From positions 32,256,001 to 32,320,000 of the forward strand of contig CP068257.2 of NCBI GenBank assembly GCA_009914755.4: a stretch of 64,000 bases of DNA, in the 5' to 3' direction. Under the pieces are notes generated by a model. It saw only the letters and a program-made list of their open reading frames with translations. It made no database searches and was not told the DNA's origin. The translations under genes and the position numbers were made by a program. Positions 14,003-28,143 of the stretch are shown here, piece by piece. Source of the DNA: the human T2T-CHM13v2.0 reference genome, Homo sapiens. Numbering within the stretch: position 1 is the stretch's first letter; each line of letters starts with the position of its first letter.

Positions 14003-17000
14003 GCAGCGGGCTCAGGGTGTGCTCAGCAGGGTCCCAGCCCACGGCCACACATGCTGTCTGGAAATTGTATTCCTTTTCTAAGAAACCACCATTTGGTATT
14101 CAGTCACAGGGATATGGGATGGCAAAGACAGGCCCCTCAAAGCTCCTAGGAATCATTCTCGACAATCCTCCCTGCCCCGAAACAATTTCCTGTTTCATGA
14201 AACAAAGCTGTGTTTTCCTTTGTCCTCACTACAGGTCTCATTATGGCTTCTAGGGTCGCTGAAATCCCATAGCCCTCAACAGGGTGCAGCTGGGAGTCTA
14301 GCCCCTTCCCGGGCTTGAGGGATGGGTCTGGTTACTATAAAATAGATTTATAAATGCAATGTCTATATTTTTGGAGAACTCATGTAACCCTCCTGTTTCT
14401 TACATCCACCAGTCCCCAAGTAGACTTCTTGGCCTACAATGCCCAGTCCTTGGTGTGAGTTTAGAAACAATTATGACGGTCCTGTCATTGCTTCAGAATC
14501 CCATCTCTCCTGCAGGGAAATGCTGCCTAGAGCTGATCACTCGGTGAGACGGTCTGATCAGGCCCTGGCTTAGCTCTTTGAAGAGCTGGTCTATGGAAGT
14601 TTCCAGCATGTGCACCGTTATAGCCGTTCCTTCCCCCTCTAGGCCTTGTATTAATATATGTCAATGAAAACACACTGGTGTATTGTTGCGTGGATTCAGT
14701 TCTGATTCCCAGCATGCTTAGAATATGGTCACAGAAAGTCATTATCTAGAAAGTCACCCCTCTGCTGGATCAGATCACTACAGGTCACTGGAAAGGCAAC
14801 TTTACAATGTTGGGTCACTGGGTCTCGGTTGGCAGCCATGTTGGAAAAATCTCTTTTGGCTCGGAGGCCTGTGATATTTCATAGCAGCAGTCGTTGCTGG
14901 TGACCTGTTCTGTGCTTGAATGTGCTGAATCCTGATTGTTGTAGGACATTTCAACAGCTCTTTTTGGTACGTTCCCCAAAAAGCCATGTCCTAGATCCCC
15001 AAGGCGTGAAAAGGAAAAATATCAAGCTGGAGGTTGGGAAAGAAAATGAAGGCAGTCCATTATGTGGTGGGTGAAAGACCCTAGGAGGATGCAAGCCCCG
15101 CACATCCCGGGGCAAAGACCTAAGACACTTTTCCACCCTCCACCACCCCAACCTCACATAATATGCTTGTTGCAAGAGTCAGGACTTTATGACTATGTGC
15201 CAAGCTGTTTGGTTTGAGTTCTTTAATTTTTTTTTCCCTTAAATGCCAGGAGATCATCTGGTTAGTTAGATAGTAACTTGATTTGCTAATGAAAAGTGGG
15301 GGCCGTGTTTTGTTTGCATGTTAATATTCTCATAATCCTAGTTTGTTGTGGTCATGAAATGTCCTTTGCATGTTCTGTTGGTACTGGAGTCTAGCTTTCC
15401 TGTACTAGATGGTGTTCTCTTTGATTGTAGGTCCTTAGACTTTAATTAGGGTTATCAAAGTGCTTTCTAAATGATAGCATCAGCGTTGTGGCAGAGTACC
15501 TCCTTTGCTGGGAACTGAATGTGTAGTGTTATCATTTCCCATGAGAGCCCGGTCATACTTCAAGCAATTTTTTTAAAAGTGTGTGTTGGAAAGGACAACA
15601 AAGTTTACATTTCATACTTTTAAGAAATACTTTATTATTTATTTATTGAAGATAGTGTAGAATTTTGTATCAAGAACAACAGACATAAGTATTTTTTGAA
15701 ACAAGCAAATATACCCTGTAGTTAGAAACTTTCAACTGAACATGTTAGAGACCAAGTTTAACTTCAGGCATGCATTTGTTTACCATTTCCCAGCAGAAAA
15801 CATGGTTAAAATACTTTAAGTTTATATTTTTTGATGTTGTTAAGAAACTTTTAAATTAAATCTATAAATAGACATGCAACTCATGCTTTCCTATTTCTAT
15901 AACCAACACCGTTTGTTTAGTGTATTTATGAAAGATATGCTACCATGGTAGAAAGAAAAGTATTCAATGTGTAAATGGGGTAGTGTGGGTCACCATTCCG
16001 ATCTCTTTTTGTTTTCTGTCCTGTCTTTTCTTCATTGACTTTATTTGCGTGTTAATGTTGGACATCATTGTTCATGTAGGTAGCGTATGGTATGCACAAT
16101 GACAAACAATCGTTTTAGGTCCCAGGTCACCCACTCATAGTGTCCTATTATTGGAATTAATGTAGCATGAGAAAGCAATATGTGACTCTTTTTCCTCAAG
16201 TGACTCTGTTGAGCATCCTTGAGATGCTCCTGCCATGTAGCAAGTTCTGGATTAGTGTCCTTGTATTTACTGGTGTAATTTGTAATGTAACCAATTGTCC
16301 GTATGGAGGAGTCGGGCTGGCCCTCGGACCCAGCTGTGATTCATGAGTTGTGTCACAGGGATTGAGAAACATGGGTGATGCATGGAGTCTCAAACCATTG
16401 GGCCTCTCTGTTCCTTCACCTCTACCTTCTTGACCACCTGGGCTATATTTCATAGAAATTAAATGCTCCTTGCCAACAAGGAGTCTGTCTCCTAGCTCTT
16501 TGTTTTCTAAATATAGGAGTTCTCTAGGCCACTGCATCCCGGCATCCTGATCCCAGCCTTTTAGACACCCCTGCAAGCGTTCCTCTGCTCTGAGCCACAC
16601 TGCTAGCTTCTCCTGCACACTCTGATCTCCTTTAGCCCAAGAAGGGGCTGTGCTGGTCATAGGGTTATGCTGTAACCCTCAGTCTTCCCTGAGAACTGAA
16701 CTATCCTGGGACCTCTTGGGCTGAGCCTTCTTCACAGAGCAGTTCTCTAGAAGGCAGAGTCCACATCCTGGTCCCTCTGGGGCAGGGCCTGTCTGGCTGC
16801 TGGCATCACCCTGGCAGGTGGATGGACAGCATCATCTCCTGGAACCAGGTTTGCTGTGACCATGAGAGCCTGAAGATGTGGCTCATTCGGATCCAGGCCT
16901 GGACTAATCTGGAAAGAGGGACTTTCTAGGTGCAGGTCACCAGGGATGCTTGAGAAACTAGAGCCAGACTTCCTTGTTTGTTTGGATAATATGTCCCTGT

Positions 17001-19010
17001 CCTCTGATAGCAGAGGAAAGAGCTCTGCTCCCAAAGAACATTCATGTAAGAGGAGGCATTTTTTTCTTCTTTGCTTTTTTTAAACAACCTAAAGTATGAC
17101 CTAAGTGTATGAAACTAACTGATTTCTTTGGGTAGAGTAGCCCTGAATTTAACTGGGGAAAAAATCCCATCAGACTATGAGTAAATTGACCACCCACATT
17201 AAGTCTTATCTCGGTGACCTGGTACCAAAGCCCAGGTGTCCTCCAGGGGAGTATTCTGGGGTGGCAGGGGGATTAGGTGCTAGCGCCAGCAGGGAAGGAC
17301 ACTTGCAGGTCTGCCTTCCAAGGCTAAGCAGGCCGGCTGTCTCTCCAGGAACTGGCTAGGACAAGTGTAAAGCCACTGACCACACAGAACCAGGATGTTC
17401 TAGAATCTGATGGGGCTGAAGATGAAGGGAGAAATGGACAAGGCACTTCTGGCTTTATTGAAAAGGTGAAGCTCTTGGAGTATATTTTAGAGTAGGCCAG
17501 TACCTTGTATAAGCAGAAAAAGACTTCTCTATCTCCACTCCAAGTCGTTTTTTTCTAGTTGATTGGGCCTTTTTGATTGATAAGAAGAAAATGTGTTTTG
17601 TACGTGTAACAACTTTAAGAATTTCCATTGGAAACAAAGTATGATTTGATTTGATTTGATTTCTAAGTTCTCCCTTCCTTTTCAAGGTTAGCGATGTGCT
17701 TTATAGCAGACACTAGCACTTTTACATGAATACCTGGTGTGCTTTGGATGTAACAGGGTCATTTTGGGCTCGAGGTGAGTGTGCAATTAGCAGCGGGTCT
17801 GCTTGGTCCAGATATGCTTGTTTACAAGTTTAGAGCATCCTATGCCAGAAAGTGAGATGAAAACAAAGGCACCTGGATTGCTTTGTTTTGCTTTTAGATA
17901 AAAGAGCTTTAGCTCACACCAGGCAGAAGCATAACCAGTAGCCCCAGAAACCGGTAGCATGATGAAGCCCTCAGACAGTATAGTCTGAGCCACCATAAGA
18001 GGCATTAGGGAAAACTAACACCTCCTTCTTTTTGCACCGTGGGGTGCTGAAATTCCTGCTAGAGACTTCCCGTTACTTCCATGAATGGCCCAGGGGCTGC
18101 TTAGTATATCATTAGAATGTTCATTCTCCTCCTTTTCCCTGGAGTGGACCAGTGAGACCAAATGCTTGTGTTTCTCTATGTTTTCAGTTCATTTGTTCAA
18201 ATGACACAGAAGATGAATCCATTTCTGGGAAGGCTGAGCTCAGATGAGGATTGCTAGGCCAGCCTAGGTTCTGGGGCGGATCTCAGGGACAGAAACAGGC
18301 TTGTATTAAGTATGAGTGGCAGGTACTTCTCTAGAACAGCCCTAACCTGCACTAGTGAGGGGGGCTCAGGAATTCCCATGACATTGATCTAGCAGCCTCC
18401 TGCACGTAGACACTCAGTTCATTTTAGGGACGTTCAATGCTTGATCAAATGGGGGGCATTTTCTTTCTTTCTTTTTTTCCCCAGCTACAGTGTAATTGCC
18501 TACCTGCCTGGGCCCCTTCTAGAGGAAGGTGGGCTTTCCTTGTCCGTCAGGCTGCACTCATGAGGTGATATCGTAAAGCAGCAGAAAGACTGAGGGTGCA
18601 AAGAAACCACAGCTGCCATTCACGGGGCAGCTCCCTCTAGCTCTTCTGCCCAGTGACCTTACAGGCTTTAGAGGAGCCTGATGAGAGCTATCCTGGGGGC
18701 CAAGGGATGCATTCCCTGCAGCTTCCTCCTGGGGGACCCACAGGTCAGCCCATTCCAGGAGAAGCAGTCTTAGGCCCGTTTACATCCCCTGCCACTGCCA
18801 TGTGCCTGCCAGCCCGGTTTCTGATGAAGACGTGGCTCAGTCCCTGCTCTCCTTGTCGCAGTGGCTTGTACTTCATGTGCAGTAGCCCAGGGCCCGCCTT
18901 CTAGAGTGAATGTTTCCCTCGGGCCCTTGGATATTTTTATTCTATTTTGAATGGTTCCGATCAATTAATGTTGCTTTGTGTGGGGTTCTTCAGAGAAATA
19001 ATGCAAACCG

Positions 19011-19362
<352 letters not shown>

Positions 19363-19821
19363 TCAACTTAATGGCGCCCCACAGCTTCCTCTGGATCCTG
19401 CTTCTTTGTACTTGGAACACAGTTTATTTGAGCTAGAGGAAAGGAAAGTTCTAGAATTCCTGTTTCCTCAGCCTGCACTGTATCAGATCCAGGATATGTC
19501 TGCATTTCATCAGGATCAAGTAAGATACATAACCTTATATCTGTAGGAGCCAGAAAAAAAATCTATTCCTGATAGGCATGGAAACTTAGTCCACATGAAA
19601 GACAGAAGACATCTAACAGCTGTCTGTCTTGGGAGCATTAAAACCCAGACACCAAGACACACTAGACAGTCCATCTCTGGGTTGTGATCTCTCAGAAACA
19701 TCTTAGTAGTTAATGCACTGTTCATTTAGGGAGTCCCCATCCTGGTCCAGGCCACCCTCCTAGAAGCTGGGCGGCAGCTGGACGGGCCTACCTTGGTGGC
19801 ATTCAAGCAAGCCTAATTGGA

Positions 19822-19885
19822 TTAGGTTGGTGCAAAAGTGATTGCGGTTTTTGCCATTGCTTTTGATGGCAAACTAACTTTAAGT
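19822..19885 (+). mobile_element. MADE1/Hsmar1-type mariner terminal-inverted-repeat fragment
   Basis: TTAGGTTGGTGCAAAAGTGATTGCGGTTTTTGCCATT is the characteristic Hsmar1/MADE1 ITR. The second half is degenerate. Confidence 0.6.
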
Positions 19886-21097
19886 CATTAAAATAAGACC
19901 CAACGCTTATAAAAGAGTTCATATCCACCTCCCAATAACTTCTTTAGTTCCATGCAGCCTCAATCAGTTCCTCCATTCAAAGGAACCCTCTTTACCCTGG
20001 CCCTGGGGGAGCCATATTACACCCACATCATAATTTTTCTGACACTATGTGTGCTTGTCAAATTTCAGGGTCAGTTTCCCCTTATTGGATGTCAGGGGTG
20101 TTTTGTGAGTTGTGTTTTAATAGGATTCTGTTCGATTTTCTATACCAGCCTATATTGTTACTATCATCTGCCTAGTATGAATATTTTAGTATTCAAAGCC
20201 CACCAGATAAAGCTGTGTTCAGAAGTGGACTTTTTGGTCAGCCTTGAAAAAAAAAAAATCAGCATTTCTCTGATATTTCCTGAGGATTAACCAGAAACTA
20301 AGGTTTCTTTTTAGGCAGTGGTAAGAATGCGTATTTTCTTCTTCCAGAAGTTCTGGTTTTATACTTTTATCTTTTGAAAGAATAACATTCCTGTGCGACT
20401 CTGCTTCTCTTCGCTTTTGCATTTCTCTTTTTAAACTCAAATCTCTTATTTCCTGCCGTTCCTGTATCTAAACAGAATGGGGGCCTCAGGCAGACAGGAA
20501 CCAAAGAAAGGGTGTAGTGGCTTTGCAGCGTTGGGTGAGCAGCAGCCGCTGCCATTCTGTGCACTGTCACCGGCGGGGGTGGAGGGTCTCCCTGTAGGAG
20601 GAGGAAACTCGCTGTTTTCACTGGCAGATTTCAAGGTGCCGGCTCCACCTACCGCAGCTGCTAGGCATTGCTCTTGTGTAGATCGCAGAAGGAGTTATTG
20701 GTGATGTGGGGTGTAGGGGAAGACAGGAAAACGGACTCAGAGCTAGGAATGTGGGCCTGGCAGAGACCGAAGGCTGGGTGGGAAGGAAGCTCGCGGCGAG
20801 CCTAGGGTTCAAGCCTAGCGCGCCAGGGGTCTCCAGTGAGACCTTGCTCTTCCCTGCCGCTGAGGCTGGGGCTGCACGGAGGTCCTCAGGCTTCCCACCC
20901 TTTCTGCATCAGCTTTAGTGTCTGTCGGCTGGGTGGACTGCAGGGCAGGTGACCTGGAGGAGGCCCTGCTCCCCAGCAAGCGTTCTAGGAGTTACGGTGT
21001 GCTCTATTGGGATTGGATTACAGTCTCTACTTGTAGACTTTGACTTCTGGAATTTTAGGTGGAAGGGAATTTTTGTTGGTGGGACGCAGCAGCTCAG

Positions 21098-21444
21098 TGC
21101 GTGGTGTGTGCATGCGTGTTTGTGCGTGTGTGTGCGTGTGTGTGCATGTATGTGTTTGTGTGTGCACGTGTGCGTGTGTGTGCATGGGTTTGCGTGCATG
21201 CATGTGTGTGCGTGCGCGTGTTTGTGTGTGCATGTGTGTGCGTGTCTACGTGTGTGTGCACGCATGTGTGTGCGTGTATGTGTGCGTGTGTGCATGTTTG
21301 TGAGTGCATGTTTGTGCGTGTGTGCGTATTTGCGTGTGTGTGCGTGTGTGTATGTGCGTGTATGCATGTGCATGTTTGTGTGTGCGTGCATATGTGTATG
21401 TGTGTGCGCGTGCGTGTGCGTGCATGTGTGCGCATGCGTGTGTA
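21098..21444 (+). repeat. About 350-bp imperfect (TGTGCG/TGTGCA/TGCGTG)n alternating purine-pyrimidine repeat
   Basis: gcgtggtgtgtgcatgcgtgtttgtgcgtgtgtgtgcgtgtgtgtgcatgtatgtg... The C/V/H/T-rich ORFs in the track on both strands are artefacts of it. Confidence 0.95.
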
Positions 21445-24400
21445 CCTACCCACACCTAGGGGGATGCATGGCTCTGTGCCTTGGAGAGGGAAACAGGAAA
21501 TACGTTGCTCCACAGTCCTGTCATCCTGGTCAGGACTACTCGCGTGGTTTGCGGACAGAGTGCAAAATGAAAATGCGAGGCCCCTTGTTCAGGTGATGAA
21601 GCATTTCTAGACAGTGAGAGGAGAGCATTAAGCCAAGCTCAGGTCCCTTCTGAGTGCATAGCCTCTTGTGGCTGCCAGGCAGCACACCCAGGAGGCCGGC
21701 CCTGACCACACTGTTCTCTGCTGGTTCCCGAAGCCGATGGGCTCTGTCTTAGGTCTTCTTACTTTGAAAGGTCTCCCGGCAGGCTGTGGCAAGCTGCGCG
21801 GATACACTTTTCTAAACGTCTGCATTTATTTCCTAAAAGCACAAATGGCCTGGACTAGCTAGTGGGTGTGGAACCGAGCCCCTAGTTCACAGCTGTACCC
21901 CAAGGCTGGAGAGGGGGTTGCCGGTGGTGGCAGGAGCTCTGGGCTCCCAGTTCAGGATGGGCCACAGGGCGTCAAGCAGCTGTGAGCCTTTACCATTGAG
22001 CTCACTGCTTGGAAATAAAACCCTTCCTCTGGGCCTTGGGCATCCACCGGGAGCTTTTCTCCCCTTTCCTGGGAGGACAGCAAGCCTTTTCCAACCTTCT
22101 GCCTTCAAAGAGAAGCAGGGTCATAGAAGTGCTCAGTGTCCCTTCCCCAGTGGCTGGACACTTGCTCCTCCAGCCTTCACCCCCTGGAGAGAAGGGGAGT
22201 CTGCGGAGCCAGTGCCTCCCTGCCCAGCTGGGCCACACGATCTGGTCTGCGGGTGTCTGGGAGGAACCTGCTTCGGAGAGGCTGCGACCTCCCAGCTAGA
22301 CTCTCCCCTTAGGATCCCATGTATGGGGATGGTAGGAGAGAAAAGATCCCTCTGTGTAAGTAGCCTCAAGTTCTAGAAGACCATGGCCCCGGGAGGCAGC
22401 TGACCATGAAGCTGGGCTTCCTGTTGTTGCTTTCTTTCACGAGCTTTTACTTTTCCTGGGCTGGACGCTCCAAAATGTTTGCAGTTCCATTTGCTTTTTG
22501 CAAGTAGGTCCCCATCTCCATATACATTGAGCAATAATCCTCACTATGTTTCCTGATTCTGTCTGGGATTATATTTGCTAAGTAAAAATGTTGACAGAAA
22601 TTGCAAACTCATCTCACCTGGATTTGATTGAGTCACCTTGAATGACATAACAAATTATGGCTTTGTTTTCATGCGTCATGCAATCTTCCGGACTACGGGA
22701 AGTTCTGCAAGTGTTCTCCAGGGGCATTTCATTAATAGCGTGTCAGCATTAGTTTTAATGAATGAACATTTGAGGTACATTCTATAAATCAATATCCTTA
22801 AAATGTCATCTGCTAAACATTCACTGTGACAGAAAGTAGATATTTTAGCAAGATCTATGTTAATGCTACTTAATTTTAGACATGCATTTAAAGCCTACAT
22901 GGCCAATAGCCCAAGTATCTTTGAACTGTGAAATCAACCTCAGATCTCATCTGCTGTAGCCCCGCAAGCCGGAGTCTGTGCCCTCCATGACCCTTCTTAT
23001 CCCTTGGTGGCCCTGCATAGATAGGGGAGTTGGCCCCTGCCCACCCCGTGTTGTATTGCCTTAGCTCCATCAGCTTTGTACCCTCACACGTATAGGTGGT
23101 GAACTTATGTGTAAATACATGTGTACAGATGAGAAACTGCAACAAAAATGTCCTGTGGATGATAACCAGCTCAGTTTCCGGTTTTCTACATTCTGTGCTG
23201 TTTCCAGCTAAGAAAAAGGCGAACTCCCACTATATAAAGGGAAAAGGTTGTATTCATTTCATGTTCCTCATGAAATCTCTGCTGTATGTTTATGGAATGG
23301 CCATGACTAAATGTATATATGGTATGTAAGAGGCCATGCTGTTAAATGTTGCATAAACTAACACAGATTCTGTAGTCAAAAATATTTAACTTGTTATTGT
23401 AAAATGTGATTTGTCATTGAGAGATTATTTTTCTGTATGTATATGAGAGTATTTTAGGAATCTAATTTAAGTGCATAAAACTATAGAAAAAAATTTAAAA
23501 CCTATTCCAAGAGTAGAAAATGCTTAATGAGATTACTTGGGTTCAACTCAACTAAATTTCTTATATTAAAAAAAAATTCCAAGTTGTATATGTTAGAAAT
23601 CAAATGAGTCATTTTTTTTCCTGCAGGAAATATGATAAATTTCAGTGTAATGGATGGTGGCGTGATCAAATGAAAAGTATCCTGTAGCTATGACCTCGCA
23701 TGGGACCTTGGTGTTGCATTAAAAATGGATTTTTGCAGATCACATATCTGAGAGGGTACTTGTGTCAGGAAGGATGAGAGGATAGGGAGCCTGTTTTTCA
23801 TCAGATCCATGTGCCACGCAGGCTTCCTTGGGTTCTAGTGGATTTGTTAGGGATCTGGGGCTGACGCAGCTATCCCACTAGAGAGGCCACTCTCTGACTT
23901 CCAGGTCGCCCTTTCTACTTCTGTATCTGGATTGATTCAGTTTATCCCTAATTAGCGTTTGCGTTTTCCATGAAATTTCCTGATGCATCCTCACTGTCTT
24001 CAACTGTTGCATAGCCAGGTGGGTGGATGGATGGTTTAGGGTTTCTGAGTTAAGCCGTTTTGGGGCAGGCTTCTGGATGCCCATGTTTCCATGGAGACCC
24101 CAGGGGGAAGATGCCTTCCTCCCGTCTGCATTCCCAGAAAAGGATCAGAAGTCCAGGCTGCTTCTGGGGCACAGACTTTCTGTACTTGGCCACCAGAAGT
24201 GCCCCTTAGGCCACCTAAGGAGGATTCTGTGAAACTCAATGTCTAAACCCCTGAGAAAGGCATTCAGAAATGATTTCAGGAGGGGGCAACCCCAGGAGTC
24301 CAGCCTCCCCTGGCAGCCTGGAAATACTGCAGTAACAAAAAGAGCTGGTTTCTGGTGATCTGAATGCATTGTGTTTGGGGGTGACACCGCTGGTGGAAGG

Positions 24401-25544
24401 TTGAGGGCCTGTGGTCTGAAAAGACATCTGAAGAATGTGTTAGGTTTTCAACATTTCTTTGAACAGGCTGCGTGCATCTTAATGCTGTCAACCAGCAACT
24501 GGAGCCCCTTTTTTGAGAGGCCCGAACCAGTAAAGCTGCTGACTTCAGGAGTATGGGAAGCTGTGATTTCTGGAAGCTTCCTGGAATCTATTTAGGTGCA
24601 TGAATAATCTGCAAATCACTTAGAGGCACTGTCCATGTGGTCCATAACTGGCTTTATTCCCAAAGATGGAGCTGTTCAGAGATTTCTTTGTTCAGGCGCA
24701 GCCTTGGAAGGCCACCTAAGGCCTGCCAGCAGAGGAGATGAGCTCTGGTCTACCAACCCCAAACAGGCCCTGACTCTCCTTCCTTAGAACGATGCCCTCT
24801 GGCTGGGGTGGCAAGAGGGCTGTGAGTGGAAACAAGTCAGCCAGTCAACTGTCCCTTGGGCCTTGGTTGTTTCAAAAAAGTCTGGGGACAAGAAAAGCTA
24901 GAACATGGGGCCCTCCCTTCCCAGGAGTGCTAGCGAACCCTCCCAGATAGCCTTTGCCTGTTTGGAAAAGAATGTAATCCATCAGAACGTGAGCTCCTTG
25001 TGCTTCCAGTGACAAGCGGGCCACAGTGCTGGTGGCATGTTGCTTCCCTCACAGCCCTGCCCAGGGGTAGGACCAGGCCCGCCCCTTGATGGATGTGCTG
25101 TTGATTGTAATATACTTCTGTTGCCAAATAATGGTACTGTTTAATTTTCCATAAAAGAGAGACTATATTGTCTGATATGTAATGTTAATGGAATTCTAAG
25201 AATTACTAGACACTATTATAAATTGTAGACTTACGTATTTGTCTAAAGGTTTGATGAAGCAGGGCCAAAACATTGTTTCTTCTTTTTTGTTTGAAAGAAG
25301 CTGAGGTTTGTTTTTGCTGTTTGAGTGTTCCTTTGGCAACTTATTATGTGTGAAATGTTAAATTTTACCGATTAAGATGATGGTAACTGAGACCTTTCTT
25401 TAAACCAGTAGCAACATCAGTACAAATTGCTCTTCCTGTGTATCTTGAACCTAAAAAGAACAATCTCTTCAAAAACAAAAACAAAAACAAAAAACAACTC
25501 TTTGGTCATTTTGACCTGTGTGGTTTAAATTCAAATAGTTCATG

Positions 25545-25550
25545 AATAAA
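25545..25550 (+). terminator. ITSN1: Candidate polyadenylation signal AATAAA for the distal ITSN1 3' end
   Basis: The hexamer catgAATAAAagg sits in an AT-rich context. It is followed by GT/T-rich sequence (ccaatctgttatagtggattattttgggttctttctg). Confidence 0.4.
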
Positions 25551-26274
25551 AGGAGAAAAGCCAATCTGTTATAGTGGATTATTTTGGGTTCTTTCTGCTT
25601 CACTCTTTTCTGAGAGCACAGGAAGCTAACAGCCCTGCAAATGGTGTCTCTTCCTCTTCCCACAGATAAGATTGTAGCTGTGCAAGGAAAATTGTGCAGA
25701 AATAAACCTAGAAAACAAAACCAACCAACAACCCTTTCAGCTGTCCTGCGGCTTCAGATAAATGTTAGCTAACACCAAGCAGAAATAGATGTCTGTGTAC
25801 GAAGTCTTTGTGAGAACAGGAGAAGTTTTGTGTTGTACAGCATAAGAAATTCTGAGGGTGGGGTTGAGAGGGCGGTGCAAAAAGCTGATTTTCTTATAAA
25901 GACATTCAGAAGGGTCGCTGAATTTCCAGGAAGAAGTTTCTAACACACGTAACTCCACGTGTTCAGCACTTGGGTGATCTATAATTCTGCGTTCCATAAA
26001 ACCCAACGCTGAATTGTATTAGGTTGTTTCCTCCTGTTCTGGTTTTAAGGCCATTCCTACCTATTTCATCACTGATTTAACTGACTATAAATAAGTCCTT
26101 TAAATTCTCTAGCTGGCTTGGACACTAGTTGAATTGTGACATAGCACATTTTTAAAAAGTTGACCCTACAGCAGTATGTCTTTGCCTTTTTAAAACTAGT
26201 ATGCCCCATTTTTGAAGAACATAAAATCGTATGCCCTTTTCTTGGTTGTTATTTGAAGTTTTAAAAATAAGTTA

Positions 26275-26594
<320 letters not shown>

Positions 26595-27102
26595 TTAACT
26601 TTCCCAACTATACCTAGTTCTCTCCAAGTCTGATGAGGGCCCCCTCACACAGACCAGAGAGTGGATGGAATCACTAGTACAAAACATGTAATTATTACCT
26701 ATTTAACCACGGTTAGTAGCCAGCATAATCAAGGCAATACTTTTTATTCTCAAATATTTAGTTTTTCTTCTTGTTACAGAAGTAATACTTGTTAATGCAG
26801 AAAATTCAGCAAGGAAAGAAAAACACAAAGGAAATAAAATCACTTAATGGAGATGTTCTTCTACACAAAAATAAAGGTTTTGATGCACTTCATTTCTGTA
26901 TTTTTTGTGTGTGTGTGCATTTTAAATACTCTTGTACTATTTATTTATTTATGAGACGGAGTCTTGCTCTTGTCACCCTGGCTGCGCTCGGCCTCTTGTA
27001 CTATTTAATAGCTAATATGCATCGAAAATATCCCATATACAAGGGACTGTAAAACTTTCACCTTGATTTTAAAAAAATACTGTGAAGAAAATCATTGTAG
27101 GC

Positions 27103-27412
<310 letters not shown>

Positions 27413-28035
27413 CTAGGTTCTCTCTGGTGACCTCGTAAGGCGACATATGAAGGGCCTCATCATTCCCCAAGATTGTATGTGCTTGATCAACAGGAAGCTT
27501 GCTGAGTTTGACTCTGAAGGATCTGGGCAGCATTAGCAGCATGAGGCTCCCGCAAAGACGGTTTGTCCATTGGCAGTCACATGTCTGTAGGAGCTGTGAT
27601 TGTGTGTATGATGCCACCTTCTGCAGAGCAGGCCTCACTGCAGGCAGGAGGCAGGCAGTGAGTCTGGGGGAACCTGGAATGTGGTCATGGTTAGGTTGCA
27701 GACTCAGCTGCGGAGACAGAACTCAATATCCCGTGGCTTTGAAGAGAGGTCTATTTCTTCATCGTGTTTAACAGCCCAGGGGCAGCAGTAAGGCTTGGCA
27801 GGGTGGCTCTGCCCTTGGCATCGCTTGCCATCTTGTCTGCATCTAGCTAGAGGGATGGACTAAGGATTGCTCAAGAGGGCAGTCCAGGAAGGCACACCTC
27901 GCTTCCTCCCCTTTCCCATTTGCCAGAACTCAGCACCAAGGTCAGGTGCTGCCAGAGGCTCAAGAATGTGGTCTCTAGCTGAGTAGCCCTAGGCCCACCT
28001 AAAAGGTGGCTGAATGGTCTTCGGGCCAGCCAGCA

Positions 28036-28143
28036 GCCTCAGCACTCCTGGTTCCTGGAAAGGTTGAGGGGCCTCAGCACTCCTGGTTCCTGGAAAGGTT
28101 GAGGGGCCTCAGCACTCCTGGTTCCTGGAAAGGTTGAGGGGCC
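28036..28143 (+). repeat. 35-bp tandem repeat x3 (GCCTCAGCACTCCTGGTTCCTGGAAAGGTTGAGGG)
   Basis: Three perfect consecutive copies starting at 28036, 28071 and 28106, then a partial GCC. Confidence 0.9.

Noticed and set aside
16196-17034. 154-aa and 95-aa minus ORFs in the putative ITSN1 3'UTR
   Set aside because: They have no recognisable domain, no splice signals and unremarkable composition. I treat them as chance ORFs.
17640-17665. (GATTT)4 pentanucleotide run
   Set aside because: It is too short to be noteworthy.
20915-21610. ORFs of 158, 215, 183 and 139 aa rich in C/V/A or H/T/R
   Set aside because: They are translations of the (TGTGCG)n repeat on both strands. They have no start context or splice context.
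28036-28143. Perfect 35-bp direct repeats as a possible CRISPR array
   Set aside because: It is a eukaryotic genome, the units are directly adjacent with no spacers, and there is no cas context. It is a minisatellite.
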